NCBI GenBank assembly: GCA_038323535.1
Contig: JBBQGZ010000001.1
Location: forward strand, 992 to 64,991
DNA length: 64,000 nucleotides
Direction of reading: 5' to 3'
Origin: Caulobacterales bacterium
GTDB lineage: Bacteria > Pseudomonadota > Alphaproteobacteria > Caulobacterales > Caulobacteraceae
The translations under genes were made by a program, and so were the position numbers. Each line of letters starts with the position of its first letter. Position 1 is the first letter of the stretch. Positions 19,622 through 30,104 of this stretch are shown piece by piece. The notes beneath the pieces were generated by a model that saw only the letters and a program-made list of their open reading frames with translations, did not search any database and was not told the origin of the DNA.

Positions 19622-20137
19622 ATGGCGCTCCACGCGAACGAGAAAACGTTTTCATCAACGGTCATCGGAGATTTGCTGGCCAACGCCTCGATCGCTCCGC
19701 GGGTCAGCGCCGCCAGCAAGCGCCAAGCCCTTTCGATCGTCTCGGAGATAGCCGCCCGCGCCTTGTCGCTCAGGGCGTCCGAGGTATTCGACGCCCTGAT
19801 GGGTCGCGAGGCGGCCGGCCCCACGGGCGTGGGCCGGGGCGTCGCCCTGCCTCACGCCCACGTGGATGGACTCGATCGCCTACATGGGATTTTCGTCCGT
19901 CTCGAAGCACCGGTGGACTTCGGGGCGGTGGACGACGAGCCGGTGGATCTGCTCTTCACCCTGCTCGCGCCCCGGGACGGCGGCTCGGAGCACCTTCGCG
20001 CCATGGCCCGGGTGTCGCGCCTGCTACGCGAGGCTGATGTACGCCAGCAACTCAGGAGCGCCCGCGGCGCCGACGCTATTCACGCCCTCCTGGCGCGGGA
20101 CGACCCACCCTACGCGGCTCGAGTCCAGACCCTTTAG
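19622..20137 (+). CDS. ptsN: PTS IIA-Ntr nitrogen regulatory protein
   Basis: TGVGRGVALPHA, DDEPVDLLF, EHLRAMARVSR; start uncertain. Confidence 0.88.
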   Translation: MALHANEKTFSSTVIGDLLANASIAPRVSAASKRQALSIVSEIAARALSLRASEVFDALMGREAAGPTGVGRGVALPHAHVDGLDRLHGIFVRLEAPVDFGAVDDEPVDLLFTLLAPRDGGSEHLRAMARVSRLLREADVRQQLRSARGADAIHALLARDDPPYAARVQTL

Positions 20138-20391
20138 TGCACCGACACGGGCGCCAGCTCATGCGCCAGGGCCGCGGCGACGGCGGAGTCCTTGTCGCCC
20201 ATCACCGCCAGGCGCGCGCCGTCGGCGCGATGGACCGCATAGAGAGTCTGGTCGGGCTTCAGCTCGAACTGGCGGATTTGCGCCGCGGGCGTATCGGCCA
20301 TGATCTCGGCGGCCCGGATCGGGCGCACATAGACGAGGTCGGGCGCGCCGAGGGCGGCGAAGTCTTCGATCGACAGGGTGGATGTCAGCAT
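20134..20391 (-). CDS. DUF1150 family protein
   Basis: LVYVRPI, LYAVHRADG, C-terminal PVSVH; usual position downstream of Hsp20. Confidence 0.85.
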   Translation of the reverse strand: MLTSTLSIEDFAALGAPDLVYVRPIRAAEIMADTPAAQIRQFELKPDQTLYAVHRADGARLAVMGDKDSAVAAALAHELAPVSVH

Positions 20392-20435
20392 ACTCGTTTC
20401 CTTGGAAATACGAACGCCTCGAGAGGCCGTTTCGT

Positions 20436-20861
20436 TCAGTCGCCGGTCCTGATCGGCACGTTCCTCACCACTTGGCTGGGCTGCGGGCGAGAGGCGTCTA
20501 TGTGCAACAGGCCATGTTCCAGCACCGCGCCTTCGACTTCCATCCCGTCGGCCAGGACGAAGGAGCGGGTAAATCCCCGGGCCGCGATGCCACGGTGAAG
20601 AAACGCGCGATCCTGAGCCGGGTCGCCCGGCGGGCCGCGCTTGCCGGTGATCGTGAGTTGCCGGTTCTCGACCGTGACCGACAACTGGTCGGGAGCGAAC
20701 CCCGCCACCGCCAGGGTGATGCGCACCCGTCCATCGGCGGCGTCCTCGACGTTGTAGGGCGGGTAACCTTCCGCGGCGGCCTTGGCGGCGCGTTCGATCA
20801 ACGCGCGGGTGTGTTCGAAGCCCAGAAGGAACGGACTATCGAACACCAGCAGGCGATCCAT
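20436..20861 (-). CDS. Small heat-shock protein, IbpA/Hsp20 family
   Basis: YPPYNVE, LAVAGF, FLHRGIAARGFTRSF, GLLHID. Confidence 0.93.
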   Translation of the reverse strand: MDRLLVFDSPFLLGFEHTRALIERAAKAAAEGYPPYNVEDAADGRVRITLAVAGFAPDQLSVTVENRQLTITGKRGPPGDPAQDRAFLHRGIAARGFTRSFVLADGMEVEGAVLEHGLLHIDASRPQPSQVVRNVPIRTGD

Positions 20862-20866
20862 CGAAA

Positions 20867-20963
20867 GAGCCCTTGCAAAAAGCGACTCCGCCGCCCTAGC
20901 GCCCCTTCAGGCGACGCCGCGCGACGTGAGGCTTAGATGGCGACGGGGGACCGGTGGTTCAAG
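20867..20963 (-). promoter_or_regulatory. RpoH-type promoter and ROSE-like hairpin upstream of the Hsp20 gene
   Basis: Minus strand CTTGAA (20963-20958)-N17-CCATCT (20940-20935); GAGTCGCTT...AAGGGCTC hairpin with bulged G over the RBS region (20888-20867). Confidence 0.55.
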
Positions 20964-21012
20964 CAGCGGGGCGCGGAAGGGCCGCCCGGCCTCATGGCCG
21001 GGCGGCCTTGTT

Positions 21013-21088
21013 TGGTGGAGCTAAGCGGAGTCGAACCGCTGACCTCTTGAATGCCATTCAAGCGCTCTACCAGCTGAGCTATAGCCCC
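21013..21088 (-). tRNA. tRNA-Ala (GGC)
   Basis: GGGGCTATAGCTCAGCTGGTAGAGCG-CTTGA-ATGGCAT-TCAAG...GTTCGACTCC...CTCCACCA, 76 nt. Confidence 0.96.
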
Positions 21089-21204
21089 CAGATGTCCGGG
21101 GTATCACGCCGGCGCCCCTATCGCGGCAGGGCCCCAGGCGGCGAAGGCGCGGAACCTAGTGCCCCGGCCAAGGCCGATCAAGAGCGGAAAAAAGAGCGGT
21201 CGCG

Positions 21205-21678
21205 TCAGCGATCCTCGGGCCGCCCTTCCGGGGGCAGGCCGTCGATCTCGGTTTCCGGGAAGTCCTCGTCCTCGTCCTCGATGAAGGGCACTTCGTCGTC
21301 CTCGGCCTCCGCCAGATCGTCCTCCTCGCCGAAGCCCGCGCCCAGGGGCTCGCCCGGCGCCGCTGGCGCGGCATCGGCTTCCTCGGTGTCGTCGTCGGCA
21401 ATCAGGGGCGGATCATCCACCACCGCGTCCAGTTCGGGGGCTTCGTCGGGCTCGGCCTCGAAGCCGTCCTCCACCTCGGCGGCGACGGCGGCCTTGGGCT
21501 GTTCGGCGTCCTCCTCGGGGATGATGGCGCGGGCCCGGACCCGGCGATTGCGCATCGCTTCTTCTGGATCGAATTCGGCCCCGCACTTGGGGCAGGCCGC
21601 GGGCCGGCGGCCCAGATCGTAGAATTTCGTCGAACAGGTTGGGCAGATCTGTTTGGCGCCCAGTTCGGGATTGGCCAA
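21205..21678 (-). CDS. TIGR02300 / FYDLN acidic zinc-ribbon protein
   Basis: [21 protein letters not shown]...CPKCG then a very acidic tail; TTG start at 21678. Confidence 0.9.
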   Translation of the reverse strand: MANPELGAKQICPTCSTKFYDLGRRPAACPKCGAEFDPEEAMRNRRVRARAIIPEEDAEQPKAAVAAEVEDGFEAEPDEAPELDAVVDDPPLIADDDTEEADAAPAAPGEPLGAGFGEEDDLAEAEDDEVPFIEDEDEDFPETEIDGLPPEGRPEDR

Positions 21679-21795
21679 TGCGGCGACCTCTGCAGGCTCG
21701 GATTCAAAGCGGCGGCTCCCTTGCCATGGCCAAGGGCGACTGTCAAAAGCAAAGCCCCCGGTCCGATCCCCAGCACGATGAAGCCCGATATTTCC

Positions 21796-23124
21796 ATGGC
21801 GCCGGCCGGAATGATCGCCCGCCCGGGCGGCGCCCTGCGCGGGCGGGTTCGCGTACCATCCGACAAGTCGATCTCCCACCGCGCCTTGATCCTGGGCGCC
21901 TTGGCGCGTGGCGTCACGACCATCGAGGGTTTGTTGGAGGCGGACGACGTCATGCGTACGGCGGAGGCCATGCGCGCCTTCGGCGCCAAGGTGGAACGTT
22001 CGGGCGACGGCCTCTGGCAGGTCACCGGCGAGGGCGGCCTGAAGGCGCCAACGGGCGTCATCGACTGCGGCAACGCCGGAACCGCCGCGCGCCTGATTCT
22101 GGGCGCCGCCGCGGGCTTTCCGATCCGAGCCACCGTCACCGGCGACGCCTCCCTTCGCCGCCGGCAGATGGGACGGGTCCTGGGTCCCCTGGGCCAGATG
22201 GGCGCGACATGGATCTGCCGCGACGACGGGCGCCTGCCGGTAAGCCTCAGGGGCGGAGGCCTGACCGCGATCGACTACCGCTTGCCCCAGCCCTCGGCCC
22301 AGGTGAAATCGGCGATCCTCCTGGCGGCGCTGCGGGCGCGAGGCGAGACCCGCATCATTGAGCCGGAGCCGACCCGCGACCACACCGAACGCATGCTGCG
22401 CGCTTTTGGGGCCCAGGTGCGGGTGGAGGACGGCGATGAAGGCCGGGTCATCCGTATCGCGGGCGGCCAGGATCTCGAAGGCGTGCGTGTGCGGGCGCCC
22501 GGCGACCCGTCCTCGGCGGCCTTTGTCCTGGTGGCGGCCCTCATCACACCGGGCTCGGCGGTGACGGCCGAGGGCGTCCTGCTCAATCCCCTGCGCGCGG
22601 GCCTGTTTGAAACCTTGCGGGAAATGGGCGCCGACCTCGTGATCGAGAACGAGCGCGAGGAAGGCGGGGACCGCGTGGGCGACGTCACCGCTCGCCATGG
22701 CGCCTTGACCGGCGTCACCGTGCCGCCAAACCGCGCGCCGGCGATGATCGACGAATATCCCGTCCTCGCGGTCGCCGCGGCCTACGCCCGGGGTTCCACG
22801 GTGATGCGGGGCATCGGGGAATTGCGCCTGAAGGAGAGCGACCGCATCGCCGCCATGGCCGCCGGCCTGGCGGCCTGCGGCGTGGAGGCCCGGGAAGAGC
22901 CCGAGGGCCTAGTGGTCATGGGGGCTGGCGGGGCCGGCCAGGCGGTCAGGGGCGGCGGCGCCGTCCGAACCCGGGGCGATCACCGCATCGCCATGAGCGC
23001 GCTCATCCTGGGCCTAGGCGCGTGCGCGCCGGTGACGGTCGACGAGGCGGGGATGATCGCCACCAGCTTCCCCGATTTCCTTGGCCTCATGGCCGGGCTC
23101 GGCGCGGATGTCGAGGCGGTATGA
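21796..23124 (+). CDS. aroA: EPSP synthase
   Basis: [43 protein letters not shown]; start may be 21778. Confidence 0.95.
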   Translation: MAPAGMIARPGGALRGRVRVPSDKSISHRALILGALARGVTTIEGLLEADDVMRTAEAMRAFGAKVERSGDGLWQVTGEGGLKAPTGVIDCGNAGTAARLILGAAAGFPIRATVTGDASLRRRQMGRVLGPLGQMGATWICRDDGRLPVSLRGGGLTAIDYRLPQPSAQVKSAILLAALRARGETRIIEPEPTRDHTERMLRAFGAQVRVEDGDEGRVIRIAGGQDLEGVRVRAPGDPSSAAFVLVAALITPGSAVTAEGVLLNPLRAGLFETLREMGADLVIENEREEGGDRVGDVTARHGALTGVTVPPNRAPAMIDEYPVLAVAAAYARGSTVMRGIGELRLKESDRIAAMAAGLAACGVEAREEPEGLVVMGAGGAGQAVRGGGAVRTRGDHRIAMSALILGLGACAPVTVDEAGMIATSFPDFLGLMAGLGADVEAV

Positions 23125-23125
23125 C

Positions 23126-23770
23126 ATGGGATTCGTGATCGCCATCGACGGGCCGGCCGCCTCGGGCAAGGGAACCATTTCGGCCAAGGTGGGCCAGGCG
23201 TTCGGCCTGCCGGTGCTCGACACCGGCCTGCTCTACCGCGCGGTGGGCGCGGCGGTCGCGCGGGCGGGCGCCGACCTCGATGACGAGGCATCCTGCGCCA
23301 GGACGGCGGGGGCGGTCGATCTCGCGCAGCTTGCCGATCCGCTTTTGCGCACCCGGTTCGCGGGAGAGGCGGCCAGCCGGGTCGCCGTCCACGCGGGCGT
23401 GCGCCGGGTTCTCCTTGAGGTCCAGCGCGCCTTCGCGGCCCGGGGGCGGGGCGCGGTTCTCGACGGGCGTGACATCGGGACCGTGGTCGCTCCCGACGCG
23501 CCGGCCAAGCTTTTCGTGACCGCCTCGCCGGAGGTGCGCGCGCGGCGGCGGTGGCGCCAGCTTCGGGACCTGGGCGACCCCGTGGCCTATGACGACATCC
23601 TGGCCGACATCCGCCGGCGCGACGCCCGCGACGCGGAGCGGGTGCTCGCCCCCATGCGCCCCGCCGACGACGCCGCCTTGATCGACACCACAGATCTCGA
23701 TATAGACCGCGCCTTCGATGCGGCCCGCCGCATCGTCGAGGCGGCGCGCGCCCGATGGGAGCCATCCTGA
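23126..23770 (+). CDS. cmk: Cytidylate kinase
   Basis: IAIDGPAASGKGT, LDTGLLYR, DGRDIGTVV. Confidence 0.95.
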   Translation: MGFVIAIDGPAASGKGTISAKVGQAFGLPVLDTGLLYRAVGAAVARAGADLDDEASCARTAGAVDLAQLADPLLRTRFAGEAASRVAVHAGVRRVLLEVQRAFAARGRGAVLDGRDIGTVVAPDAPAKLFVTASPEVRARRRWRQLRDLGDPVAYDDILADIRRRDARDAERVLAPMRPADDAALIDTTDLDIDRAFDAARRIVEAARARWEPS

Positions 23771-23903
23771 CGGGCAATCCAACCGCGCCCTTCCTCGCAC
23801 GGCCGCGGGCGCGCCTGTTTCACCCATCCCAATTTGACGAAACGCCCGCAATGCGCCCCGGCGCTCAAGGCTTCACTTCCAGCAAGAGACGACGAACACG
23901 AAC

Positions 23904-25616
23904 ATGGCCGACGACATGAGCATGAATCCCTCCCGGGACGATTTCGAAGCCCTCCTCGACGAGAGCATGGGCGGGCGCGACTTCGCCGAGGGCACGGTCG
24001 TCAAGGGCCTGGTGGCGGCGATCGAAAAGGATTTCGCGATCATCGACGTCGGCCTCAAGACCGAAGGCCGCATCCCGGTCAAGGAATTCGGCGTCGACGA
24101 CACCGGCAAGGCGACCTTGAAGGTGGGCGACACGGTCGAGGTCTTCCTAGAGCGGATCGAGAACGCCCTGGGCGAGGCGGTGATCAGCCGCGACAAGGCC
24201 CGCCGCGAAGAAGCCTGGACGCGCCTGGAAGGCGTGTTCGCCAAGAACGAGCCGGTGATGGGGTCGATCGTCGGGCGCGTCAAAGGCGGCTTCACGGTCG
24301 ACCTGGGCGGCGCCTCGGCCTTCCTGCCGGGCTCGCAGGTGGATATCCGCCCGGTGCGTGACGTCGGGCCGCTGATGGGCAAGGAACAGCCGTTCGCGAT
24401 CCTGAAGATGGATCGCCCGCGGGGCAATATCGTGGTCTCCCGCCGCGCCATCCTCGAAGAGGCGCGGGCCGAACAGCGCACCGAACTGGTCAGCCAGCTT
24501 CTCGAGGGCGAGGTGCGCGAGGGCGTGGTCAAGAACATCACCGACTACGGGGCCTTCGTCGATCTGGGCGGCATCGACGGGCTGCTGCACGTCACCGACA
24601 TGAGCTGGAAGCGCGTCTCCCATCCCAGCCAGGTGCTGGCCGTGGGCGACACGGTCAAGGTCCAGATCGTCAAGATCAACCCCGAAACCCAGCGCATCAG
24701 CCTGGGCATGAAGCAGCTCCAGTCGGATCCCTGGGACGGCGTGGAAGCGAAATACCCGCCGGGCGCCCGGTTCACCGGGCGGATCACCAACATCACCGAT
24801 TACGGGGCCTTCGTCGAACTGGAGCCCGGCGTCGAGGGCTTGGTCCACGTCTCCGAAATGAGCTGGACCAAGAAGAACGTTCACCCGGGCAAGATCGTCT
24901 CCACCTCGCAGGAGGTCGACGTCGTCGTGCTCGACGTGGACGCGTCAAAGCGCCGGGTGAGCCTGGGCCTCAAGCAGGCCATGGCCAATCCGTGGGATCA
25001 GTTCGTCGAACAGCACCCGGTGGGCTCGACCATCGAGGGAGAGGTCAAGAACGCCACCGAGTTTGGGCTCTTCATCGGCCTGGAGGGCGACATCGACGGC
25101 ATGGTGCACCTCAGCGACATCGACTGGAACACGCCCGGCGAAGAGGCCATGAGTCGCTACAAGAAGGGCGACATGGTGAAGGCCAAGGTCCTGGACGTGG
25201 ACGTGGAAAAGGAGAGGATCAGCCTGGGCATCAAGCAGCTGGCCGGCGATCCCATGGTCGGCGATTCCCATCGCAAGGGTCAGACGGTGACCACCACCGT
25301 GACCGAGATCACCACCGGCGGCATCGAAGTGAAGTTCGGCGACGACGCGGCCCCGATGACGGCCTTCATCCGCAAGTCCGATTTGTCGCGCGACCGCTCC
25401 GAACAGCGCCCCGAACGCTATGCCGTCGGCGACCGCCTCGACGCCCAGATCACCAACATCGACAAGGCGGCCCGCCGGGTCTCCCTTTCGGTCAAGGCCC
25501 TGGAAATGGCGGAGGACAAGCAGGCCATCGAGAAGTTCGGCTCCTCCGACAGCGGCGCCTCTCTGGGCGAAATCCTGGGCGCGGCCCTGCGAGAAAAGGC
25601 GGCGACGAAGGAATAG
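23904..25616 (+). CDS. rpsA: 30S ribosomal protein S1
   Basis: Repeated S1 domains (NITDYGAFV, GLLHVTDMSW, GLVHVSEMSW). Confidence 0.98.
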   Translation: MADDMSMNPSRDDFEALLDESMGGRDFAEGTVVKGLVAAIEKDFAIIDVGLKTEGRIPVKEFGVDDTGKATLKVGDTVEVFLERIENALGEAVISRDKARREEAWTRLEGVFAKNEPVMGSIVGRVKGGFTVDLGGASAFLPGSQVDIRPVRDVGPLMGKEQPFAILKMDRPRGNIVVSRRAILEEARAEQRTELVSQLLEGEVREGVVKNITDYGAFVDLGGIDGLLHVTDMSWKRVSHPSQVLAVGDTVKVQIVKINPETQRISLGMKQLQSDPWDGVEAKYPPGARFTGRITNITDYGAFVELEPGVEGLVHVSEMSWTKKNVHPGKIVSTSQEVDVVVLDVDASKRRVSLGLKQAMANPWDQFVEQHPVGSTIEGEVKNATEFGLFIGLEGDIDGMVHLSDIDWNTPGEEAMSRYKKGDMVKAKVLDVDVEKERISLGIKQLAGDPMVGDSHRKGQTVTTTVTEITTGGIEVKFGDDAAPMTAFIRKSDLSRDRSEQRPERYAVGDRLDAQITNIDKAARRVSLSVKALEMAEDKQAIEKFGSSDSGASLGEILGAALREKAATKE

Positions 25617-25712
25617 GCGGCTCAAGGTGAATTTTCGCCGCCTCGCCTGTAACCCCTTGATCCGCAACCAGCGTTTGGGCAAGGCTTAGCCAGCGAGGGG
25701 GATTGGGCCAAC

Positions 25713-25994
25713 ATGATCAAGTCGGAACTGATCGCCGCCCTGGCGGCGGAGAACCCGCACCTCACCCAGCGGGATGTCGAGCGGGTGGTCGGCGTCATCC
25801 TGGGCCGGATCGTCGAGCGGCTCGAAAGCGGCGGCCGGGTCGAACTTCGCGGGTTCGGCGCCTTTTCCGTGCGGTCCCGTCCCGCGCGCTCCGGGCGCAA
25901 TCCCCGCACCGGCCAGGCCGTCCAGGTGAAGGCCAAGCATGTGCCGTTCTTCAAGAGCGGCAAGGAACTCAAAGCGCGGCTCAACGCCGACTAG
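25713..25994 (+). CDS. ihfB: Integration host factor beta
   Basis: [33 protein letters not shown]. Confidence 0.96.
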   Translation: MIKSELIAALAAENPHLTQRDVERVVGVILGRIVERLESGGRVELRGFGAFSVRSRPARSGRNPRTGQAVQVKAKHVPFFKSGKELKARLNAD

Positions 25995-26007
25995 GGAAGC
26001 GCGCGCC

Positions 26008-26433
26008 ATGACGATCTTCAAGGAATTCCGGGAATTCATCGCCAGGGGCAATGTCGTCGACTTGGCCGTGGGCGTGATCATCGGCGCGGCGCTCGGCAAG
26101 ATCGTCACCAGCCTGGTCGACCAGGTAATCATGCCGCCGGTCGGGTTGTTGCTCGGCCATGTGGACTTCACCCACCTGCGGATCGTCCTCCAGCAGGCCG
26201 ATCCGGCCCGCAAGCTGACCGAGGTGGCCATCGGTTACGGCGCCTTCCTCAACACCGTCTTCCAGTTCGTGATCGTCGCGGCGGTGATCTTCCTGATCGT
26301 CAAGGCGATCAACACCCTGCGCCGGGAGGAGGCCGCCGCGCCGGCCGAACCCGACGCCCCCACCACCACCGAAGCCCTGCTCACCGAAATCCGCGATCTG
26401 CTGGCCAGGCCCCGAAACGATTCGCGGGTCTGA
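26008..26433 (+). CDS. mscL: Large-conductance mechanosensitive channel
   Basis: [32 protein letters not shown]. Confidence 0.95.
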   Translation: MTIFKEFREFIARGNVVDLAVGVIIGAALGKIVTSLVDQVIMPPVGLLLGHVDFTHLRIVLQQADPARKLTEVAIGYGAFLNTVFQFVIVAAVIFLIVKAINTLRREEAAAPAEPDAPTTTEALLTEIRDLLARPRNDSRV

Positions 26434-27096
26434 TTGACCGGGTCGGCGGGCCGCCCGGGGGTCCTGGCCAAGATCTGCGGCCTCACGACCGCCGAGGCCG
26501 TCAATGCGGCGGTGGCCGGCGGCGCCGCCTTTGTCGGCTTCGTCTTTTTCGCCGGCAGCCCGCGCGACATCGTCCCGGAAAGCGCCCGACGATTGGCCCG
26601 GGCGGCCCGGGGCAAGGCGAGGATCGTGGCCGTCACCGTCGACCCCGACGACGCCTTGATCGATCGGCTTTCGGCGATCCTCGCGCCCGATCTGATCCAG
26701 CTTCACGGCGGCGAGACGCCAGCCCGCGCGCGTGAAATCGCGCTGCGCTCCGGCGTCGAGGTCATCAAGGCCGTGCCGGTCTCGGCGGAGTCCGATCTGG
26801 ATGGGGCGCCGGACTATGAAGCGGCGGGCGCGCGATTGATGTTCGACGCCAAGGCGCCGGCGGGGGCGCCGGCGCCGGGCGGAATGGGGGCGCCGTTCGA
26901 CGCGAGCTTCCTGGCCGGCCGCCGGTTCGAGCGCCCCTGGTTTCTCGCCGGGGGGCTGGACCCCTGGAACGTCGCCGAGGCGGCCCGGCGTTCGGGCGCG
27001 CCGATGGTCGACGTTTCCTCTGGCGTGGAGCGCGGGCGCGGACTAAAGGACCCCGCTCTCATCCAAGCCTTTCTCGAGGCGGTCCGCCGCGCCTAG
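26434..27096 (+). CDS. trpF: Phosphoribosylanthranilate isomerase
   Basis: KICGLT, IQLHGGE, LAGGL, DVSSGVE. Confidence 0.93.
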   Translation: MTGSAGRPGVLAKICGLTTAEAVNAAVAGGAAFVGFVFFAGSPRDIVPESARRLARAARGKARIVAVTVDPDDALIDRLSAILAPDLIQLHGGETPARAREIALRSGVEVIKAVPVSAESDLDGAPDYEAAGARLMFDAKAPAGAPAPGGMGAPFDASFLAGRRFERPWFLAGGLDPWNVAEAARRSGAPMVDVSSGVERGRGLKDPALIQAFLEAVRRA

Positions 27097-27115
27097 AAGA
27101 ACCCTTGCCGCGACC

Positions 27116-28339
27116 GTGACCCTTTCCGCACCCCAACCCAATGACTACGGCGCCTTTCCCGACGCGGCCGGGCGCTTTGGCGACTATGGCGGTCGCTATG
27201 TGCCCGAAACCCTGATGCCCCTGGTCTTGGCGCTGGAGGGCGCCTACGCGGCGGCGAAGGCCGACGGGGCGTTCCAGGCGGAATTAGCCGGCTATCTGAC
27301 GTCCTACGTCGGCCGGCCCAGCCCGCTCTATCTCGCCAGGCGCCTGACCGATCATTTCGGCGGGGCGAAGATCTGGTTCAAGCGCGAGGAGCTCAATCAC
27401 ACCGGCTCGCACAAGATCAACAACTGCCTGGGCCAGATCCTGCTGGCCCGGCGCATGGGCAAGACGCGGATCATCGCCGAGACCGGGGCCGGCCAGCACG
27501 GCGTCGCCAGCGCCACGGTGTGCGCCCTGTTTGGACTTCCGTGCATCGTCTACATGGGCGCGGTGGACGTCGAGCGGCAGGCGCCCAATGTGCTGCGTAT
27601 GGAGCTGCTGGGGGCGGAGGTCCGGCCTGTCGCCGGCGGCGCGGCGACCCTCAAGGACGCCATGAACGAGGCCTTGCGCGACTGGGTCGGCAACGTCGGC
27701 GACACCTATTACCTGATCGGCTCGGCCGCCGGGCCGCACCCCTATCCGATGATGGTCCGGGACTTCCAGGCCGTGATCGGGAGGGAGGCCCGCGCTCAGG
27801 TGCTCGCCGCGGAAGGCCGCTTGCCCGACGCCCTCGTCGCCTGCGTGGGCGGCGGGTCGAACGCGATCGGCCTCTTCCATCCGTTCCTGGCGGACGAGGG
27901 GGTGCGCCTCATCGGCGTCGAGGCCGCCGGCGAGGGCCTGGGGACAGCGCGGCACGCCGCTGCGCTGGGCGCCGGGCGCCCCGGCGTCCTGCACGGCGCC
28001 CAGACCTATCTGCTCCAGGACGGGGACGGTCAGATCCTGGAAGCCCATTCGATCTCCGCCGGCCTCGACTATCCGGGCGTCGGGCCCGAGCACGCCTGGC
28101 TTCACGACGCCGGCCGGGCCACCTACCTCACCGCCACCGACGACGAGGCTCTGGCCGCTTTTCAGCTGTGCGCCCGCCTGGAGGGAATCGTTCCGGCGCT
28201 GGAGACCGCGCACGCCCTGGCGCGTTTGCCCGAGGTCGCCACGGAGGCGGGCCCCGACGGGGTCGTGATCGTGGGGCTCTCGGGCCGAGGAGACAAGGAT
28301 CTGGCCGCCGTCGCGGCCCATCGGGCGCGCGCCCATTGA
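27116..28339 (+). CDS. trpB: Tryptophan synthase beta chain
   Basis: [44 protein letters not shown]. Confidence 0.97.
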   Translation: MTLSAPQPNDYGAFPDAAGRFGDYGGRYVPETLMPLVLALEGAYAAAKADGAFQAELAGYLTSYVGRPSPLYLARRLTDHFGGAKIWFKREELNHTGSHKINNCLGQILLARRMGKTRIIAETGAGQHGVASATVCALFGLPCIVYMGAVDVERQAPNVLRMELLGAEVRPVAGGAATLKDAMNEALRDWVGNVGDTYYLIGSAAGPHPYPMMVRDFQAVIGREARAQVLAAEGRLPDALVACVGGGSNAIGLFHPFLADEGVRLIGVEAAGEGLGTARHAAALGAGRPGVLHGAQTYLLQDGDGQILEAHSISAGLDYPGVGPEHAWLHDAGRATYLTATDDEALAAFQLCARLEGIVPALETAHALARLPEVATEAGPDGVVIVGLSGRGDKDLAAVAAHRARAH

Positions 28340-29175
28340 CCGTCTCCAGGATCGACCAGCGCTTCGCCGAGCTGAAGCGGCGGGATCGCGCCGCCTTCGT
28401 GGCCTATGTCATGGCCGGCGACCCGGACGCCGAGACGAGCCTGGGCATCCTGCGCGGCCTTCCCGCCGCCGGCGCCGACCTCATCGAGCTGGGCCTGCCT
28501 TTCTCCGACCCGATGGCCGACGGCCCTCCCATCCAGCGCGCGGCGCTGCGCGCCTTGAGGGGGGGAATGACCGTACGCGGCGCCCTTGGCCTCGTCCGCC
28601 GATTCCGCGAGGCCGACTGGGAAACCCCGATCGTGCTGATGGGCTACCTCAATCCCCTCCTCACCCATGGCTTGCAGGCGTTCGCCCGCGACGCCGCCTC
28701 CGCCGGCGTCGATGGCCTGATCGTGGTCGACTGTCCGCCGGAGGAGGCCGCGCCCCTGGCCGACGCCCTGGAGGCTCACGGCCTCGCCCTGATCCGCTTG
28801 GCCGCGCCCACCACCGACGCCGCCCGGCTCGACGTTATCGCCCACCGCACCCGGGGTTTCGTCTACTATGTTTCAGTGGCCGGGGTGACCGGCGGCAAGG
28901 AAGCGGACGCAGATCTAATCGCTCCGGCCGTTGCGCGCGTGCGCGCCGCCAGCGGCCTTCCGGTCGCGGTCGGTTTCGGCATCCGCACGCCAAAGCGCGC
29001 CGCCGAGGTTGCCCGGGTGGCCGACGCCGCCGTGGTCGGCTCGGCCCTGGTCGACGGGATCGCCGAGGCGCTCGCACAGAACCGTGATCCGGTTTCGAAA
29101 GTTCTGGATACCGCGGCGTTGCTGTCTAAGTCTGTGCGATCCGCGCGAGGCGAGCGGCGCCTGGAAGCTCCTTGA
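28336..29175 (+). CDS. trpA: Tryptophan synthase alpha chain
   Basis: [38 protein letters not shown]; TTG start overlaps the trpB stop. Confidence 0.95.
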   Translation: MTVSRIDQRFAELKRRDRAAFVAYVMAGDPDAETSLGILRGLPAAGADLIELGLPFSDPMADGPPIQRAALRALRGGMTVRGALGLVRRFREADWETPIVLMGYLNPLLTHGLQAFARDAASAGVDGLIVVDCPPEEAAPLADALEAHGLALIRLAAPTTDAARLDVIAHRTRGFVYYVSVAGVTGGKEADADLIAPAVARVRAASGLPVAVGFGIRTPKRAAEVARVADAAVVGSALVDGIAEALAQNRDPVSKVLDTAALLSKSVRSARGERRLEAP

Positions 29176-30104
29176 TGGCCTTGGCCGACGACAAGAAGAA
29201 CAAGCCCCCGCGTAATCCCGCGCCGCCGAACCGCGAGCGCGGCGGGTGGCTGGCCAAGATCGCTCCCGGCGTGCGCAAGCTCGTCGCCCGGCGCGAGACG
29301 CCCGAGAACCTGTGGGAGAAGTGCCCCGACACCGGCGAAATGATTTATCGCCCCGACCTGGAGGCGGCCCTGTGGGTCACGCCGGCGGGCCGGCACATGC
29401 GCATCCGTCCGGCCCTGCGCTTCGCCTACACCTTCGACGCCGGACGCTACAAAACCCTGAGCCTGCCCAAGTCGCCCGACGACCCCCTCGGTTTCACCTA
29501 TGGCAAACCCTATCGCGACAGCCTGGCCACCGCGCGCAAGGCCACCGGCGAGATGGACGCCATGGCGGCGGCTGTCGGCGATATTGGAGGCGTCCCCACC
29601 GTCGTCCTCGTCCAGGACTTCGCCTTCATGGGCGGATCGCTGGGCGCCGCGGCGGGAGAGGCCTTCCTCGCCGCCGTGGACGTGGCCGTCAGGCGCCAGG
29701 CGCCGTTCGTGGTCTTCACCGCCTCGGGCGGTGCGCGGATGCAGGAAGGCGCCCTCTCGCTGATGCAGATGGCCCGCACCACCGCCGCCATCCAGCGTCT
29801 TCGCCGCCTTCGCCTGCCCTATGTCGTGGTCCTGACCGACCCGACCACCGGAGGGGTGACCGCTTCATACGCGATGCTGGGGGATGTGCATCTGGCGGAG
29901 CCGGCCGCCCTCATAGGCTTCGCCGGGCGCCGGGTGATCGAGGAAACCATCCGCGAGACCCTCCCGCCCGGCTTCCAGACCGCCGAATTCCAGGTGGAGC
30001 GGGGCATGGTCGACCGGGTGGTCACCCGCCAGGAGCTTCCGGCCGTCCTGGGCTCGATCCTGCGCACCCTGATGACGGGGCGCGCCCGCCCCCGCGCCGC
30101 CTGA
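29175..30104 (+). CDS. accD: Acetyl-CoA carboxylase carboxyltransferase beta
   Basis: FMGGSLG, SGGARMQEG, DPTTGGVTASYAMLGD, IGFAGRRVIE. Confidence 0.95.
   Translation: MALADDKKNKPPRNPAPPNRERGGWLAKIAPGVRKLVARRETPENLWEKCPDTGEMIYRPDLEAALWVTPAGRHMRIRPALRFAYTFDAGRYKTLSLPKSPDDPLGFTYGKPYRDSLATARKATGEMDAMAAAVGDIGGVPTVVLVQDFAFMGGSLGAAAGEAFLAAVDVAVRRQAPFVVFTASGGARMQEGALSLMQMARTTAAIQRLRRLRLPYVVVLTDPTTGGVTASYAMLGDVHLAEPAALIGFAGRRVIEETIRETLPPGFQTAEFQVERGMVDRVVTRQELPAVLGSILRTLMTGRARPRAA

Noticed and set aside
29310-29400. AccD lacking the four-Cys zinc finger (KCPDTGEM)
   Set aside because: A common alphaproteobacterial variant, not novel.
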